Shown here in pieces: positions 1-11,900 of a DNA stretch of 64,000 bases. Source of the stretch: a virus (taxonomy: Duplodnaviria; Caudoviricetes); IMG/VR virus record IMGVR_UViG_3300042997_002652, positions 202,968-266,967 of that record; one strand, given 5' to 3'. Below the pieces are notes generated by a model. The model saw nothing but the letters and a program-made list of their open reading frames with translations. It ran no database searches and was not told the DNA's origin. Within the stretch, counting starts at the first letter, position 1. Every line of letters starts with the position of its first letter. Both the position numbers and the translations under genes were made by a program.

Positions 1-3000
1 TATAAACTGTGTAGCGTTGTTGTCAAAAATAGTATCGTTTGTAAAATCTTCGTCATCAATAAAATCAAACGTAGTACCTTCATAACGAGTAGCTACTGGT
101 GCGCTAATCACTACAGAATCATATTCGTTGAATTGAACTACTGATCCAAACTGAGTAGGTCCAAATTCATGCGGGCAGTTAATAACTTGTGTGTTAGTAT
201 ATATTTCAATACCTAGTTCAGTTAATGTAGTGGTATCAACCGCTGTTATTATTAGTTTCTGATTAACCTGAGTTAGATCAGTATTAATAACTTGAATCAT
301 TAGTTTATTATCTACAGTAGCCGCTGCTTGAATGTTAGTAATATTAGCAGAATTAATAGCATTAGCTACAACTGTTGCGTTTCCTATTGGCACGTTAACA
401 AAGTATCCGTTAATTAGTAAAGGACGAACAGCAGTAACATTACATTCGTTTACTCCAGTTACTAAACCAAATTTTGCTCCAGCATTTGTAAATCTATAAA
501 CAGCACCTTCTTGGTTTTCGTCACTAATTTCAAAAGGAGATCCTATTAATATTTCAGAACCTGATTGAATAGTATCAAGTGAATAACCAAACTGAGTGCC
601 TACTCTATTATTATAATTTGATGTAAAGGTCTGCGCGTAAGTAAACTTACTATCGCTTACTGTGATAATATCACCTGCTGTCAATGTACCTGAGTAAACG
701 AACGTACTACCTATCACACCATAGTTGTTATCTTGAACTATTACGCCGTTTCTAGATACGTATAATGGTGAGGTTTGCACGGTAGCAGTTACGTTAGAAA
801 CAGATCCTACGGTAGATATTGCCTCAGGAGTAATAGATGATCTTGAAGTTTTTATTGTTATATCAGATCCTGCAATACTTCTTATGTAGTAAACACTATT
901 TCCTTGAATACCGGTACCAAGTAAACCAGTACCGCTAAAGATAATAGGATCATTAACTGCTATTCCAGATACACTGTTTAATGTGATCAAGTTTCCTGTG
1001 GCATTAGTAGCACTTACTGTTCGTGATACTGTTATAGGTGTCCATGCTAATTGGAAAGTTTGTCCTATTGTATTAAACTGAACTTCAATATTTTGAACTG
1101 CTCTAGAAAATGCAAAAGCACTTCCCCAGTTAGCAATGTTGCCATCATAGTCTTTATCAGGAGCGCCCACTACCATCACATCACCATAGTAGTTTGTAGT
1201 AATAGACTTGCTAAACTTATCAGTTGATGATACTAAGCTTAAAGCTACTCCGTTGATTATTGTTGACGCTTTGTAAGTGATCTGAGTTGCTGCACCGGTG
1301 CCGGTACCTACTCCTGTTGCAACAAACGTGATACCTACTTTGCTTTCAATCGCACCAATTAATGTAAAGTCAGTAGTACCTAAGTCAGTGATAACATAAG
1401 TTTGTCCGGAAACAAAATATCCTGCATTAAGCAATATGTTTTGTTTCTGATAAACATGTACCTTATCGTTTGCAATATCAGAAATATATAACCAATTTTG
1501 GTCTCCGGAAATAGCTAGTTCGCTACCCCAATCTGTTACTCCGCCGGGTGCAGCGATTGTTTGATAAAGAACAAAATCGTCTGACAACTGACTATCATTA
1601 ATTACATATACATGAACTTCTGAAGCAGTAGTAGGTTCAGAAATTACATAAGTGTTTCCTGCATAAACGATCTTAGAACCAAATGATGTTCCGCCGGTTA
1701 GTGTTTCTACGATAAAGTAATTGTTAGCAGAATCTTGAGCGTAACGATAAACTTCGCCTGCACTAGCATCGCTTATTAAATACCCTGCTTGATCAGTGTA
1801 CGCAACTGCGCTACCAAATGTAGTGCTGTTAGTTTTTGTTACTTCATTATTATACTGATAGTTCAAACTCTTTCTATATACAGCCCAACTACCGTCAGTG
1901 CTTTCGTCTACCCATACAGTATTTTTTACAAACTCTGTATCCAGTAGCGGTAGGTTATTAATACTAGCAGGATTGCTTACTCTTTGTGATTGGAATGTTA
2001 AACCAATACCTTGACCAGTGCTTGCAATTTCAGTAGCTACCGGTAAGTTAATAATCACTTCATTCAAGTTAACTATGTTAGCTACTATGTAATATCCGTC
2101 TACGTTTGTTGCATAGTTTATAATAGACAGAGGTTGCAGTCTTACTAAACCGTGAGGTTGAGCAAATGTTATTGTAGCAGTATTGTTTAGATTACTTCTT
2201 ACTGCTATTACTCTACCAACAGATGTCCAAGCTAATACATCCCAGTTTCCTAGATAGTTAGCTAACCAAGCGTAGTCTCTTACATAAAAATCATTAATAA
2301 GTACAGGCTCATTATTTTTATCTCTTGCTACTGGTAACCCTGAATAGAAATAAGAAGACATTTTAACATCATCAAAGTTTACATATCCAGCATCAGGATA
2401 TACTTGTGTTGGAGTAGAAGGATCAATAGTACTTAAAATATTAGGAGAGTCAATAGGTCTAGCATAATTGAACAAACTATATATAGGCACTTCTTGTTGA
2501 GAACCCGGAGTATAAACACCGTTAGTCAAGCTAACAATTGATGGATTACCTGTTAGATATTGTTCGTTGATTTTAAAATCTACAAAGTTTTTGTTTAATA
2601 GTCCACCAAACTCACCGCTTTTAATAGCCCAGTTTTCATAGACTTCATATTCAATACCACCTTGCGGTAAGGTAGCTCCTCTAAATGCTTCTATCGCATT
2701 ACGAGTACCTTTGTTTTTAATCAAGTTTTGATAAACGTTAATCTGAGTAATATCAGTTAAGTCTACTAATGCCATGTAGTCACGAGGTCTGTAACCTATC
2801 AGTGAGAATCCTAATAGGTCTGCATCGTTTTCTAAGTTAGCTTTGTTAGTGTCATAATATAACGCACTTTCATATGATCTAGTTGAAGAGTTAGGTAATA
2901 ATCCTTTTTGAATTTGATCGTAATCGGTTTCTTTCCAATCTCTTTCATTGAAAATATTGCTAGGCTCAATTACTTTTAATGCAGTCCAGTATTTGTTTTT

Positions 3001-6000
3001 ATAAAGTACAATTGATCCTTTAGTGTACTTGACTGCTCTTGACCATTCTTTTATGTTGTCTTGATTTAATATAAATCCTGAAGCGGTAATAGTTCCGTTC
3101 CATTCAGCGGTTTTAGTTCCTCTTACATATATTCTGTTTTGTCTTAACCCAGTAATTAAATTGTATATAGTATCATTAAACAATGTAGTATTATCAAATA
3201 CCACAGCATGTTCAAAGTTACTTAAATTAAACTGTCCATAAGAAACAGTGTCACCTTGATTAAGTGCGGTAACACTAAACTCAGTACCGTTTCTAAACAC
3301 GCTTAAGTCTTTTGCTTGTATTGGATACAAGTTTTGATTCAATACAAAATTAGTATTTTGTACAGTAAGCGGTTGAACAATTGAACTTTCTTTGTCAATT
3401 TTCAATGTTTGAGCAGATGGATTTAATAAAAGAATACTTCCTACTTCCCAGCCAGTTTGTGACCAGTATAAGAATTCACTGATCATTTGATCCCAGTTAA
3501 CTTCTATTCCACCTAAGACATCGTTGAATATCATACCTTGTGAAGTTAGATATGCACCGTAACTAGACAAGAACTGTGCTACTTCTTGTTCGCTATAAAA
3601 CTTAGCACCATAAGGAATTAATAATTCGTTAGCAGTATAATCAACTGCAACTTTTACCTGAGCATCTTCAACTTGAATGTTATTGTATTTACCATTGTTT
3701 ACTGGCTTCAATACTTTAAAGTATGCATTAGTTTGTGAATTACCAAATACAGTATAACCATCCTGTGTTATTTGTATTACAACTCCTGAGTATACAATTC
3801 TATCAAACGGTTGATTATCATAAAGAAGCAATGAATAACTTTCGTCTGGAATTAACAATGATGCGTTTCTACTGTTTGGAGTTCCTTTTTCTACATAGAA
3901 CTTTAGCAAGTTTTTATCGCTATACCCAGCCAAACGATAAATTAATCTTACATCAAGGTTATCAAGTAAGTTAGTAATATTTTCAGTAGCATTTATTCCT
4001 ATTTGCTTTTCGTAATCAACTATCCAGTTAATATAACTTGTTTTTGCAGTACCTGAACCATAGATTTCAACATCACTTATTACTAAATGACTTCTGTTGT
4101 TTACCAAGTATTGATTAAACTCTAAGTTATATTTGTAGTTGTCTACATCTACTCCCAAGTTAAAGAAGTTAGCAGGTTTCATTAATGCAAATATTCTCAT
4201 CAGATCAAAAGGATATGCTGAGCTTCTACGATAGCTTAATTCAACCGGGGCATCATCACCCACTTTCCAATCTCTTTGGAATGTATTAGGGTTGTAGTTT
4301 CCTACTATTGCAACAAACGGAGAAACTAAATTACCTGCACTGTCTACTGGAATGATATTAGTTAAGCCAGGACGAGCAACTGTTTCAACTGTAATAGGTA
4401 CTCCGTCATTCCAAATTACACCCTGTTCTAAATCATTCCAAAGAATTAAGTTATCACTAGTATAAGGCGCAGGACCATATCTTTCTGTCCACCAAGTTGG
4501 TTGATCAGTAAAACCTAACATTTCCCATGGCGTAGCATTAGGGGTTGTAGTATCATAAAAGTATTGATACACACCTCTCCAATAACCTTGCTCAATCGGT
4601 GTATTAGTTAATTTGTTAGCTGCATTGGTGTAATTGTAAGTAAATTCATTTACTTTAGAAAAAACCTGAGTTTTGTAATTTAATCTGTTTTGCCCTACCC
4701 AGTTTAAGAAACTTTCACTATACATTTGCAAGAATTCGCTATATGTATAGTCGGTATCTCTAAAGAATCCCGGTAGCACTTCATATGTTTGAATAGGTAC
4801 AGTGCTGCTTAATTTTAAGTTGTTATAAATTCTTGTTTCAAATTCTAATAAGCCCTGATCTCTAAAGTCTTCTAGAACACCCAAATTAGTGTTATAAGAT
4901 CCGTATAACTTATTATAAGAACCATCGTGTCCTTTAATAAAATATGTTGGTTGAGTATAAGCAGTGTCTAACACTACTTGAGGAGTATAAGCAGGATATA
5001 AACCTAATTTTGTTGGTGTGTTAGGAACATAACTACCATAAGTTTGATTATATTCTTTAATAGTAATCTTGTCACCCGCAATCAAGTCTAACGTAACAGT
5101 TAGTGACGGGGCATCTTGACTTATAACATAGTCTTGATTAATAATCAATTGTTTCTGTATAGTTACACCGCTTATTATTCTTGACAAATAAACAATAACA
5201 CCATTATAGTTAGCAGTAGCAAAGTTATATGTTGTAGTTAAGGGATAAATGCTTGTATCTAAATTGTTTGCAAAAGTATAAGTGTTGCTTCTTAATGGTG
5301 ACTTAGCAGGTAACATGTCGCTCCAAAAGAACGCTTGTGACTCACTTTTAGCCGCAGTAATAATATCAATAGCTTGATCTAGTATTTCTGAAGGCGTGTA
5401 TCGTTGTACATATTCTGCATTATTAATAGTATCTACTAATAGATTTTTAAACTTAGTGTATTCGTTGCTATTAAATTGTAACGCATCAAACAAGTTGTGA
5501 TTTGTTTTACGCAAGAATGTGCCGGGTAATACTAAAGAAGCACTATTTTGAATTATGTTAGTTCCATATGGAACTAAGTTACCTAAGTCTCTATAATTGT
5601 TTGATCCAAATACTTGACCTAACATACCGGGAGCATTTACATAAATGTCTCTGTATTGTAATCTAATATCACCAACGTTAACTGTTTCTAAGTCTTGGTT
5701 AAATGGATTGTTACTTAAGTTAACAGGTATTGTATAATATGCTTGATTACTAACTTGGTTACTTAATATTAAAACTTCAATTGGTGTATCACTATCCAAT
5801 TCAGAAACGTCTAATAATTCAATGATCGTAGAATTTGCAGTAATAGTGTATGAATATTCACTTACGCACTGGCAAGCATTGTTTATGTACACCTGTACAC
5901 TAGTCCAAGAATCTTGACCTTCTACTTCAGATATAGCAGCAATGTCGCATACAAATGTTGTACTAGGATTATCCTTTAGATATGTAAATTGAAATACTTG

Positions 6001-8970
6001 ATACTGCGCACTAGGTGCTACCGCGGTTTGCCAACCTAATTCTCTAGTATATTCAGTTCTGTCATCATAATTAAACACATAACCTGTGTTAACTTTTTGA
6101 GTTATAGGAGTAGTTCCAGTAACATAATCAAATGTATCAGTGTTTAACGAAACATCAAAACTAATATCACCTACATTATCAATAGCACTGTATCTTATAG
6201 GAAATCCTAAAATAGGATCATCGGTTCCAGAGCCTATGCCATAAGAAAATAATGTACAGCCGGCAAAAGAAGTACCTTGATAAATTGTTGGATCGCTAAA
6301 ACTTATACCGTTTTCATCAAATACATCAAATAACGGTGCTTGATTTACAGTAACTTTTTCTTGTGCTGTGATCCAATTATCGTTACTAAAATAATAAGTA
6401 TTACCTTGATTATTATATCCTCTAGTAATAACTGCTTGATCATTTTCTTCACACAAACCATCCTGAGCTTCAGTTAATGTAATAACCGGTACTGATGATG
6501 GGGATAATTGAGAAAGTGCAACAACATATATTTTATTGCGTACATTCACATCCGTGTCTGCTGCAAATATAATTCTTGCTCCAGAGAATATAGAGTAATT
6601 ATTAACTGTAGTGTCTGTTGCAATAACGGCTACACTAGTAGCTGAGCCAACAGATTGTGATACGGCCCAAGACACTGTTAATACAGTGTTATTACCTGCT
6701 ATGGTTATATTTGTAATTTGTGTGTTGTTAGGTAAAATATCTAAGTAATCACTAATATACTGCCCAACTTGGAACGTTCCTACAATATCAGCAGTAGGAA
6801 TAGTAATAGTAGTTGATGTTCCTACAACAGATGCTATAGATACTGTATTTTCTGTATATACTTCTACATCAGGAAAATAATTGTTTAATCCTGCAATTTG
6901 CGATAGTGCATCAGTTGTTCTTTGATCAATGAAATCTACTGCATCTTTGCCACGAGTACCTGAGTTGAATAATCCTAAATTAGGATAAAATTCAATAATA
7001 GGTCTTCTTGCTTTATTTTCTGCTTTAGCGAATTCAGTAACTATTGATGGATTATTATTATAAATCGCAGTTTGATTAATTACTTGCGAATGAAACCATC
7101 TGTTGCTTCTAGACCAAGCATTTTTGTTTATTGCGTTTCTAGCAATAGTAATATAATCTAAATCTGTTGGTATAAACAAATCACTATCAAAGTTTGATAA
7201 ATCAAACGGAGTAGTATCAAACGGGACAAAGGTACTTGTAGTAAAATCTTCAGGTGATACTAATGTTTCAACTGAAATTAGTTCTATTGCCGAACCTACA
7301 CCTTCTACGTAATATTGTCCGGATAAGTATCTTGACGGGATAACGTCACCGTCAAATTCTACTTTTAGTCCATTAGTAAACACAACACCATTTGTTGAAG
7401 TGTAATTCTTTTTACCTAAAATATCAGTTTCTACATTTATAGTATTCGTGGTATTATTTTCAATTATTCTAATAATACCTACTTTGTTTGCAGAAGTACC
7501 ATCTTGATAGTAAAGCTGATCAAGCGGTGCAGTAATATAAGGTACTAAAGAAACAACACCTAGCGTATTTCTATAAAATTGTCTGTCAATCCAAGTTGAG
7601 CCGTACGTAGCTGTTATTTTTTGTTCAGTTGGTATTAAACCGTCTGGTATTAATCTTATAATTGGATTTGTAGGATCTGAGGGATCTACTACATAAGTAA
7701 TTCTGTAAAAGTTTTCACTAACTGTTGTATAGAACCCTTCTTCATACAATCCTTGATTTGCGTTAGCGGTCATTGTTCCGCTATCAGTAGTAAGCGGAAA
7801 AGTTGCTCCACCTAATGTATCAGAAATAGTAAATTCCGTAGAACTGTCTACACTTTTAATATAATAAATTGTACCTGCTGTTACTCCACCAAATACTGGA
7901 TTGTTAAATGTAATAGTATTGTTAACTACTAGCTGACTAGTATTTCCAGTTGATAAAGTAAATCTATCAGTTGATGAATTAGAACTTCCTATTGTAACTA
8001 CTAAAGGAGCTACTAATGCATTATCATTCGTATCAAATGAAGTTTCATCGTAGTATGCAGAAATATAACCAATCTCATTAACTACACCTGTGTCATAAAA
8101 CATAACACGTAAGTTGTTCAATGAAGTAATACTATCAATTGACCCTAATGCTGACAACGGAGCACCGTTGACATCTTCAAATGGTAGTGTGCTTATCACA
8201 TCAACTAAGTTGTTACCGGGGAATATAAACTCATCTTGTGCATCTTTACTAGGTACTGTAAAAGTAACTACACCCTGAGTAGCTCCGTTATTACTAACAC
8301 CATATACATCTCGTACCGGCAAATTAGGTTGAGTAGGACTGAATCCTGATACACCGGGTTCTCCTTGTATCCAAAACTGTGATGGCTGATTTACTGTAAA
8401 TCTATACGAACCACCTCTTAATAAAGTGATAGTAGGATTGGTACTGCCAGCAGAAGCTCCCAGTTCTCTTATATTATAACCATTAGCTAAATCAGTAACT
8501 ATATAATCATTGGTTGAATAGACTAGTGCAGAAGACACAGTTACTGCGGGAGGACCAGTAGGTATCCAGTAATATTGATTGTAATTTACTATTTTGTCAA
8601 AATCAGTAAATGAATCCCATGAATAAATCTGACTTTCAAACAGTCTTGAATTATTATTAGTAATTCCTCCCTGCAATTCTAGTGCATCTAAAATACCGGG
8701 ATAGCTAATAAAATCTTGAGCAGTTGACTGATTAGTTTTTGTAAATACAACACCGGGATCTAGTTGATAGTCTGTTCTTGTTTTATTTGGTTCTGTTACA
8801 TAATAATCATTAGCATTAACACCATAACCTACTTTACTACCAATATATCCTTGTATCTTTTTTGTGATAGGAGGATTTACTAGCTGGTCTAGTGTTGCTG
8901 ACAAAAACTCAGTGTTGGTTTTTGTTTGAAAAATTTCGGGAAGAAAATTAAGAGTTCTTATTCTTGTCAT
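1..8970 (-). CDS. Giant virion baseplate protein, gp7-like, with FG-GAP/integrin-type beta-propeller repeats; partial (C-terminus runs off the window, >2990 aa)
   Basis: Not in the ORF track because it has no stop in the window. ATG at 8970 gives MTRIRTLNFLPEIFQTKTNTEFLSATLDQLVNPP. Manual spot translations at ~8400, 7200, 6000, 5400, 4440, 3960, 2700, 1500, 1140, 540 and 1 are all open in this frame. Lies directly after gp6, the gp7 position in T4. Contains YQNLIKNKGTRNAIEAF (gp7-like KGT motif) and FG-GAP-like repeats such as QFGYSLD..ILIGSP..GAVYRF. Confidence 0.85.
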   Translation of the reverse strand, partial: MTRIRTLNFLPEIFQTKTNTEFLSATLDQLVNPPITKKIQGYIGSKVGYGVNANDYYVTEPNKTRTDYQLDPGVVFTKTNQSTAQDFISYPGILDALELQGGITNNNSRLFESQIYSWDSFTDFDKIVNYNQYYWIPTGPPAVTVSSALVYSTNDYIVTDLANGYNIRELGASAGSTNPTITLLRGGSYRFTVNQPSQFWIQGEPGVSGFSPTQPNLPVRDVYGVSNNGATQGVVTFTVPSKDAQDEFIFPGNNLVDVISTLPFEDVNGAPLSALGSIDSITSLNNLRVMFYDTGVVNEIGYISAYYDETSFDTNDNALVAPLVVTIGSSNSSTDRFTLSTGNTSQLVVNNTITFNNPVFGGVTAGTIYYIKSVDSSTEFTISDTLGGATFPLTTDSGTMTANANQGLYEEGFYTTVSENFYRITYVVDPSDPTNPIIRLIPDGLIPTEQKITATYGSTWIDRQFYRNTLGVVSLVPYITAPLDQLYYQDGTSANKVGIIRIIENNTTNTINVETDILGKKNYTSTNGVVFTNGLKVEFDGDVIPSRYLSGQYYVEGVGSAIELISVETLVSPEDFTTSTFVPFDTTPFDLSNFDSDLFIPTDLDYITIARNAINKNAWSRSNRWFHSQVINQTAIYNNNPSIVTEFAKAENKARRPIIEFYPNLGLFNSGTRGKDAVDFIDQRTTDALSQIAGLNNYFPDVEVYTENTVSIASVVGTSTTITIPTADIVGTFQVGQYISDYLDILPNNTQITNITIAGNNTVLTVSWAVSQSVGSATSVAVIATDTTVNNYSIFSGARIIFAADTDVNVRNKIYVVALSQLSPSSVPVITLTEAQDGLCEENDQAVITRGYNNQGNTYYFSNDNWITAQEKVTVNQAPLFDVFDENGISFSDPTIYQGTSFAGCTLFSYGIGSGTDDPILGFPIRYSAIDNVGDISFDVSLNTDTFDYVTGTTPITQKVNTGYVFNYDDRTEYTRELGWQTAVAPSAQYQVFQFTYLKDNPSTTFVCDIAAISEVEGQDSWTSVQVYINNACQCVSEYSYTITANSTIIELLDVSELDSDTPIEVLILSNQVSNQAYYTIPVNLSNNPFNQDLETVNVGDIRLQYRDIYVNAPGMLGQVFGSNNYRDLGNLVPYGTNIIQNSASLVLPGTFLRKTNHNLFDALQFNSNEYTKFKNLLVDTINNAEYVQRYTPSEILDQAIDIITAAKSESQAFFWSDMLPAKSPLRSNTYTFANNLDTSIYPLTTTYNFATANYNGVIVYLSRIISGVTIQKQLIINQDYVISQDAPSLTVTLDLIAGDKITIKEYNQTYGSYVPNTPTKLGLYPAYTPQVVLDTAYTQPTYFIKGHDGSYNKLYGSYNTNLGVLEDFRDQGLLEFETRIYNNLKLSSTVPIQTYEVLPGFFRDTDYTYSEFLQMYSESFLNWVGQNRLNYKTQVFSKVNEFTYNYTNAANKLTNTPIEQGYWRGVYQYFYDTTTPNATPWEMLGFTDQPTWWTERYGPAPYTSDNLILWNDLEQGVIWNDGVPITVETVARPGLTNIIPVDSAGNLVSPFVAIVGNYNPNTFQRDWKVGDDAPVELSYRRSSAYPFDLMRIFALMKPANFFNLGVDVDNYKYNLEFNQYLVNNRSHLVISDVEIYGSGTAKTSYINWIVDYEKQIGINATENITNLLDNLDVRLIYRLAGYSDKNLLKFYVEKGTPNSRNASLLIPDESYSLLLYDNQPFDRIVYSGVVIQITQDGYTVFGNSQTNAYFKVLKPVNNGKYNNIQVEDAQVKVAVDYTANELLIPYGAKFYSEQEVAQFLSSYGAYLTSQGMIFNDVLGGIEVNWDQMISEFLYWSQTGWEVGSILLLNPSAQTLKIDKESSIVQPLTVQNTNFVLNQNLYPIQAKDLSVFRNGTEFSVTALNQGDTVSYGQFNLSNFEHAVVFDNTTLFNDTIYNLITGLRQNRIYVRGTKTAEWNGTITASGFILNQDNIKEWSRAVKYTKGSIVLYKNKYWTALKVIEPSNIFNERDWKETDYDQIQKGLLPNSSTRSYESALYYDTNKANLENDADLLGFSLIGYRPRDYMALVDLTDITQINVYQNLIKNKGTRNAIEAFRGATLPQGGIEYEVYENWAIKSGEFGGLLNKNFVDFKINEQYLTGNPSIVSLTNGVYTPGSQQEVPIYSLFNYARPIDSPNILSTIDPSTPTQVYPDAGYVNFDDVKMSSYFYSGLPVARDKNNEPVLINDFYVRDYAWLANYLGNWDVLAWTSVGRVIAVRSNLNNTATITFAQPHGLVRLQPLSIINYATNVDGYYIVANIVNLNEVIINLPVATEIASTGQGIGLTFQSQRVSNPASINNLPLLDTEFVKNTVWVDESTDGSWAVYRKSLNYQYNNEVTKTNSTTFGSAVAYTDQAGYLISDASAGEVYRYAQDSANNYFIVETLTGGTSFGSKIVYAGNTYVISEPTTASEVHVYVINDSQLSDDFVLYQTIAAPGGVTDWGSELAISGDQNWLYISDIANDKVHVYQKQNILLNAGYFVSGQTYVITDLGTTDFTLIGAIESKVGITFVATGVGTGTGAATQITYKASTIINGVALSLVSSTDKFSKSITTNYYGDVMVVGAPDKDYDGNIANWGSAFAFSRAVQNIEVQFNTIGQTFQLAWTPITVSRTVSATNATGNLITLNSVSGIAVNDPIIFSGTGLLGTGIQGNSVYYIRSIAGSDITIKTSRSSITPEAISTVGSVSNVTATVQTSPLYVSRNGVIVQDNNYGVIGSTFVYSGTLTAGDIITVSDSKFTYAQTFTSNYNNRVGTQFGYSLDTIQSGSEILIGSPFEISDENQEGAVYRFTNAGAKFGLVTGVNECNVTAVRPLLINGYFVNVPIGNATVVANAINSANITNIQAAATVDNKLMIQVINTDLTQVNQKLIITAVDTTTLTELGIEIYTNTQVINCPHEFGPTQFGSVVQFNEYDSVVISAPVATRYEGTTFDFIDDEDFTNDTIFDNNATQFI

Positions 8971-8979
8971 TTTTAATGA

Positions 8980-11900
8980 TTACCTACCAATTTGTAACTC
9001 AGCGGGAGTTAATGCCGCTACTACCAATACATCATTTGCTACTGCCCCATTTGCAAAAATCTCATAAGGCATGCACTTTATTTCGTATAAATCACCAAAA
9101 CGCTTGCTAGGATCATTTGGTACTAATACAGCAGAACTTATTAATTCTCCGCATTCAGCATGTAGATATGCACTTAGTTCTGAGAAAAAGAACGTATCTC
9201 CAAAATTCCAATTGTTAATATTAAAATACTCATTCATTGCTGTTAATACTGCACTTCTGATTTCACTATCACTAGCATTAGTTTTACTTTGTTTAATTAC
9301 CTTTATTGTGGCTCTTAGCGCAGGTTCTGCTTTAGGACCAAATAACGGTTTGAATACAACACTATTTAACACCACAGAATCCGACAACATTTTGAAATTC
9401 TGAACTTGTGAGTACTCTTGATTTAGTTGATTGATCGTTGGCATATCTGGCATAGGTATTGTGTTAGTTGAATCTTGAATCCAATTTTGATACGCAGTAT
9501 AATAAGATTGCGTAACTACATAAAGATCAATAATATTAGTAGTAGCTGGATCTATTCTAGTAGTATTATTAGAATTATGTCTGTATTGAAAAGACAATCC
9601 TTGTCTACCCGGTTTTACTGAGTATTCAAGTTGTTCTACTAATACATATGAAGGTATAGTTACCGTTTGATCTTGTACTGATTTGTAAAACTTATTCTCT
9701 GTATATGCATAAAATAATTGTCCTAGAGGATAATCATATTTTACAACTTCTACTTGAGTTTTAGTAGCAAATTGATACACAACGTCAGTAGAAGGAACAA
9801 TAACTTCTCTTGATAAATTAATAGCATCTTGAATTAATCTAAAGAAAACATATATTCCTATATTTGAACCCGTATTATCGTAACCAGTAATTTGCTGAAA
9901 GAAATCTGGATTTAAGATTAACTGACTGTTATTAACATCAGTAGCCGCAATTTCAACTTGGAAATCATCTACATAACCGTCGGATTGAACAGTTTGTCCT
10001 AAAATATTAACTTTTACATCTTTACCTAAACTTTGTGAAGAATTAGGCTGAGAATTTACTTGTAAAACATTAATAAAGTCTTGAATAATTTTTCCAGTAA
10101 ACGGATCGTATACTAACTCATCTCGTGCAAACGTAAATCTAGTATCCGCAACACTACCAAAGTAATAAGTTAATGACTTAAGTGTAACAGTATATCTACC
10201 TGATCCCATACTTTGAAATTTAACAAAATAATTCTCGTCGGTTATAGGTCTAATAGTCCATCTTTCTTGATTTATAGTAAGGGCGTTATTGAATACTAAT
10301 GTAAAATTCTGTTCAAGTTCCATACGAACTACACACTCATTAATTAAAGTAGCAGATAATGAGTTGTCAAAAACAGGTATAACGCTAACTAATATTGATC
10401 CTGAAGGAACATATCCGTTTAGTGTTACGGGTCCTGTTCCATTAGCGAAACCACCTTCGCCGTTATTACTACCGTCTCCTATAACGTTTAATACAGTAGT
10501 CCAAATAAAATATTGTTCAGAATTTGCGGGGATCCCTGCTACCAATCTATTGTTGGCATCATAGTAAAATCCTGACGGTGCACGAAATCTTAAAATTGAT
10601 CCAGTAGTAACATACTTTGCATTAGTAGTAGTAAAGGTTCCCAACGAAGCGGGAGTATTATTACTACCAGATATGTTATAAAAATATCCTGATTCACTAG
10701 AAGCATCTACTGAACTAGTTTGCCAATATACCCAAGTGTTGTTAGGAGCTACTTGTGTATTTGTAATAGTATATCTAGGATAATTCTGAATGTAATACTG
10801 ATTAGCTTTATTTTCTGCAAGAACAGACGCAAGTGTATTATTAAAGAATGCAATAATATCACTTATGTTATCTATAGTAAGTTCTAAAAATCCGTCAGTA
10901 TCGTTTTGATAAAGAGCACCATCTGAACCAAACGAATTAGTACTTGAATATTTTCCTGTTGGGTCTAATAAGTCAAAGTTTTTAGAAATACCCACTGAAC
11001 TACGATTAATTGCTTTACTTTTTATAATAGAACTATAAAGAGTATAAGGGAAGTTGTTGTAGTCTTCACCGTTTACCATTCTGTTTTGCGTGTAATAACG
11101 AGTAGGTGCTCGTTGTTTAATTTCTGATAAAGGCTCTCTAACTTGCGCGTTAGATACAGCAAGTGGTAACTCTAATCCCAATGTTAGTGTTTCATTTCTT
11201 CCTTGACGATTCACATAAGTAAACGCTACCGTAATGCCTTGCATTTCTGACGGGTCAATTACATATGTTTGAGCGTTACTAGAACGTACATATGCTCTAA
11301 ATAATCCTACCGGTACTTCAGAAAATACGCCATCACCGAAAATATAAGTAACTTGATCGTTAAATCTAGAATTTACTGAAAATATTTTTTTGTCAGAAAA
11401 CTCTGTTTGTAGGTATGCGTCTGCATAAACGTTGTCAACTTTTCTCCAAAGTGTTCTATCACCATTGTTATTGTTTAACTGATATAACCACGTGTCTGTA
11501 TTATTAACACCTTGAATACTACCTATATCTACTGTTTGATTTGATATTTGTTGTTCTAAATTAAAATCAAAGTTTTGTAGTGTCCCTTGTTTGAAGTAGA
11601 AAAAGAATCCAGTTTCAGGACTACCGTATCCCAACTTGTCATTACGATATAAAATGTTAAATCTACTACTAGGGTCAGGTGGAATTTCGTATATATAATC
11701 TTCACCTAAACTAGTTACAGATACTAACTCAAAACTCATGTTCTGTCCATCTACTGAAGAAGTAAACGGAGCAATGGGCAAACTATTATCAGGAATTTTT
11801 ATTGAATATTCGTTTGTTGTTACATTCACTATGTCAGTAGAATTACCCGGTCTACCTATGCGTTGAGTATCAACTAGAGTAGCATTGATAATAGTGTTGA

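Noticed and set aside
3735-3974. 79-aa plus-strand ORF in the track
   Set aside because: Antisense to the giant minus-strand gene, with no recognisable motif.
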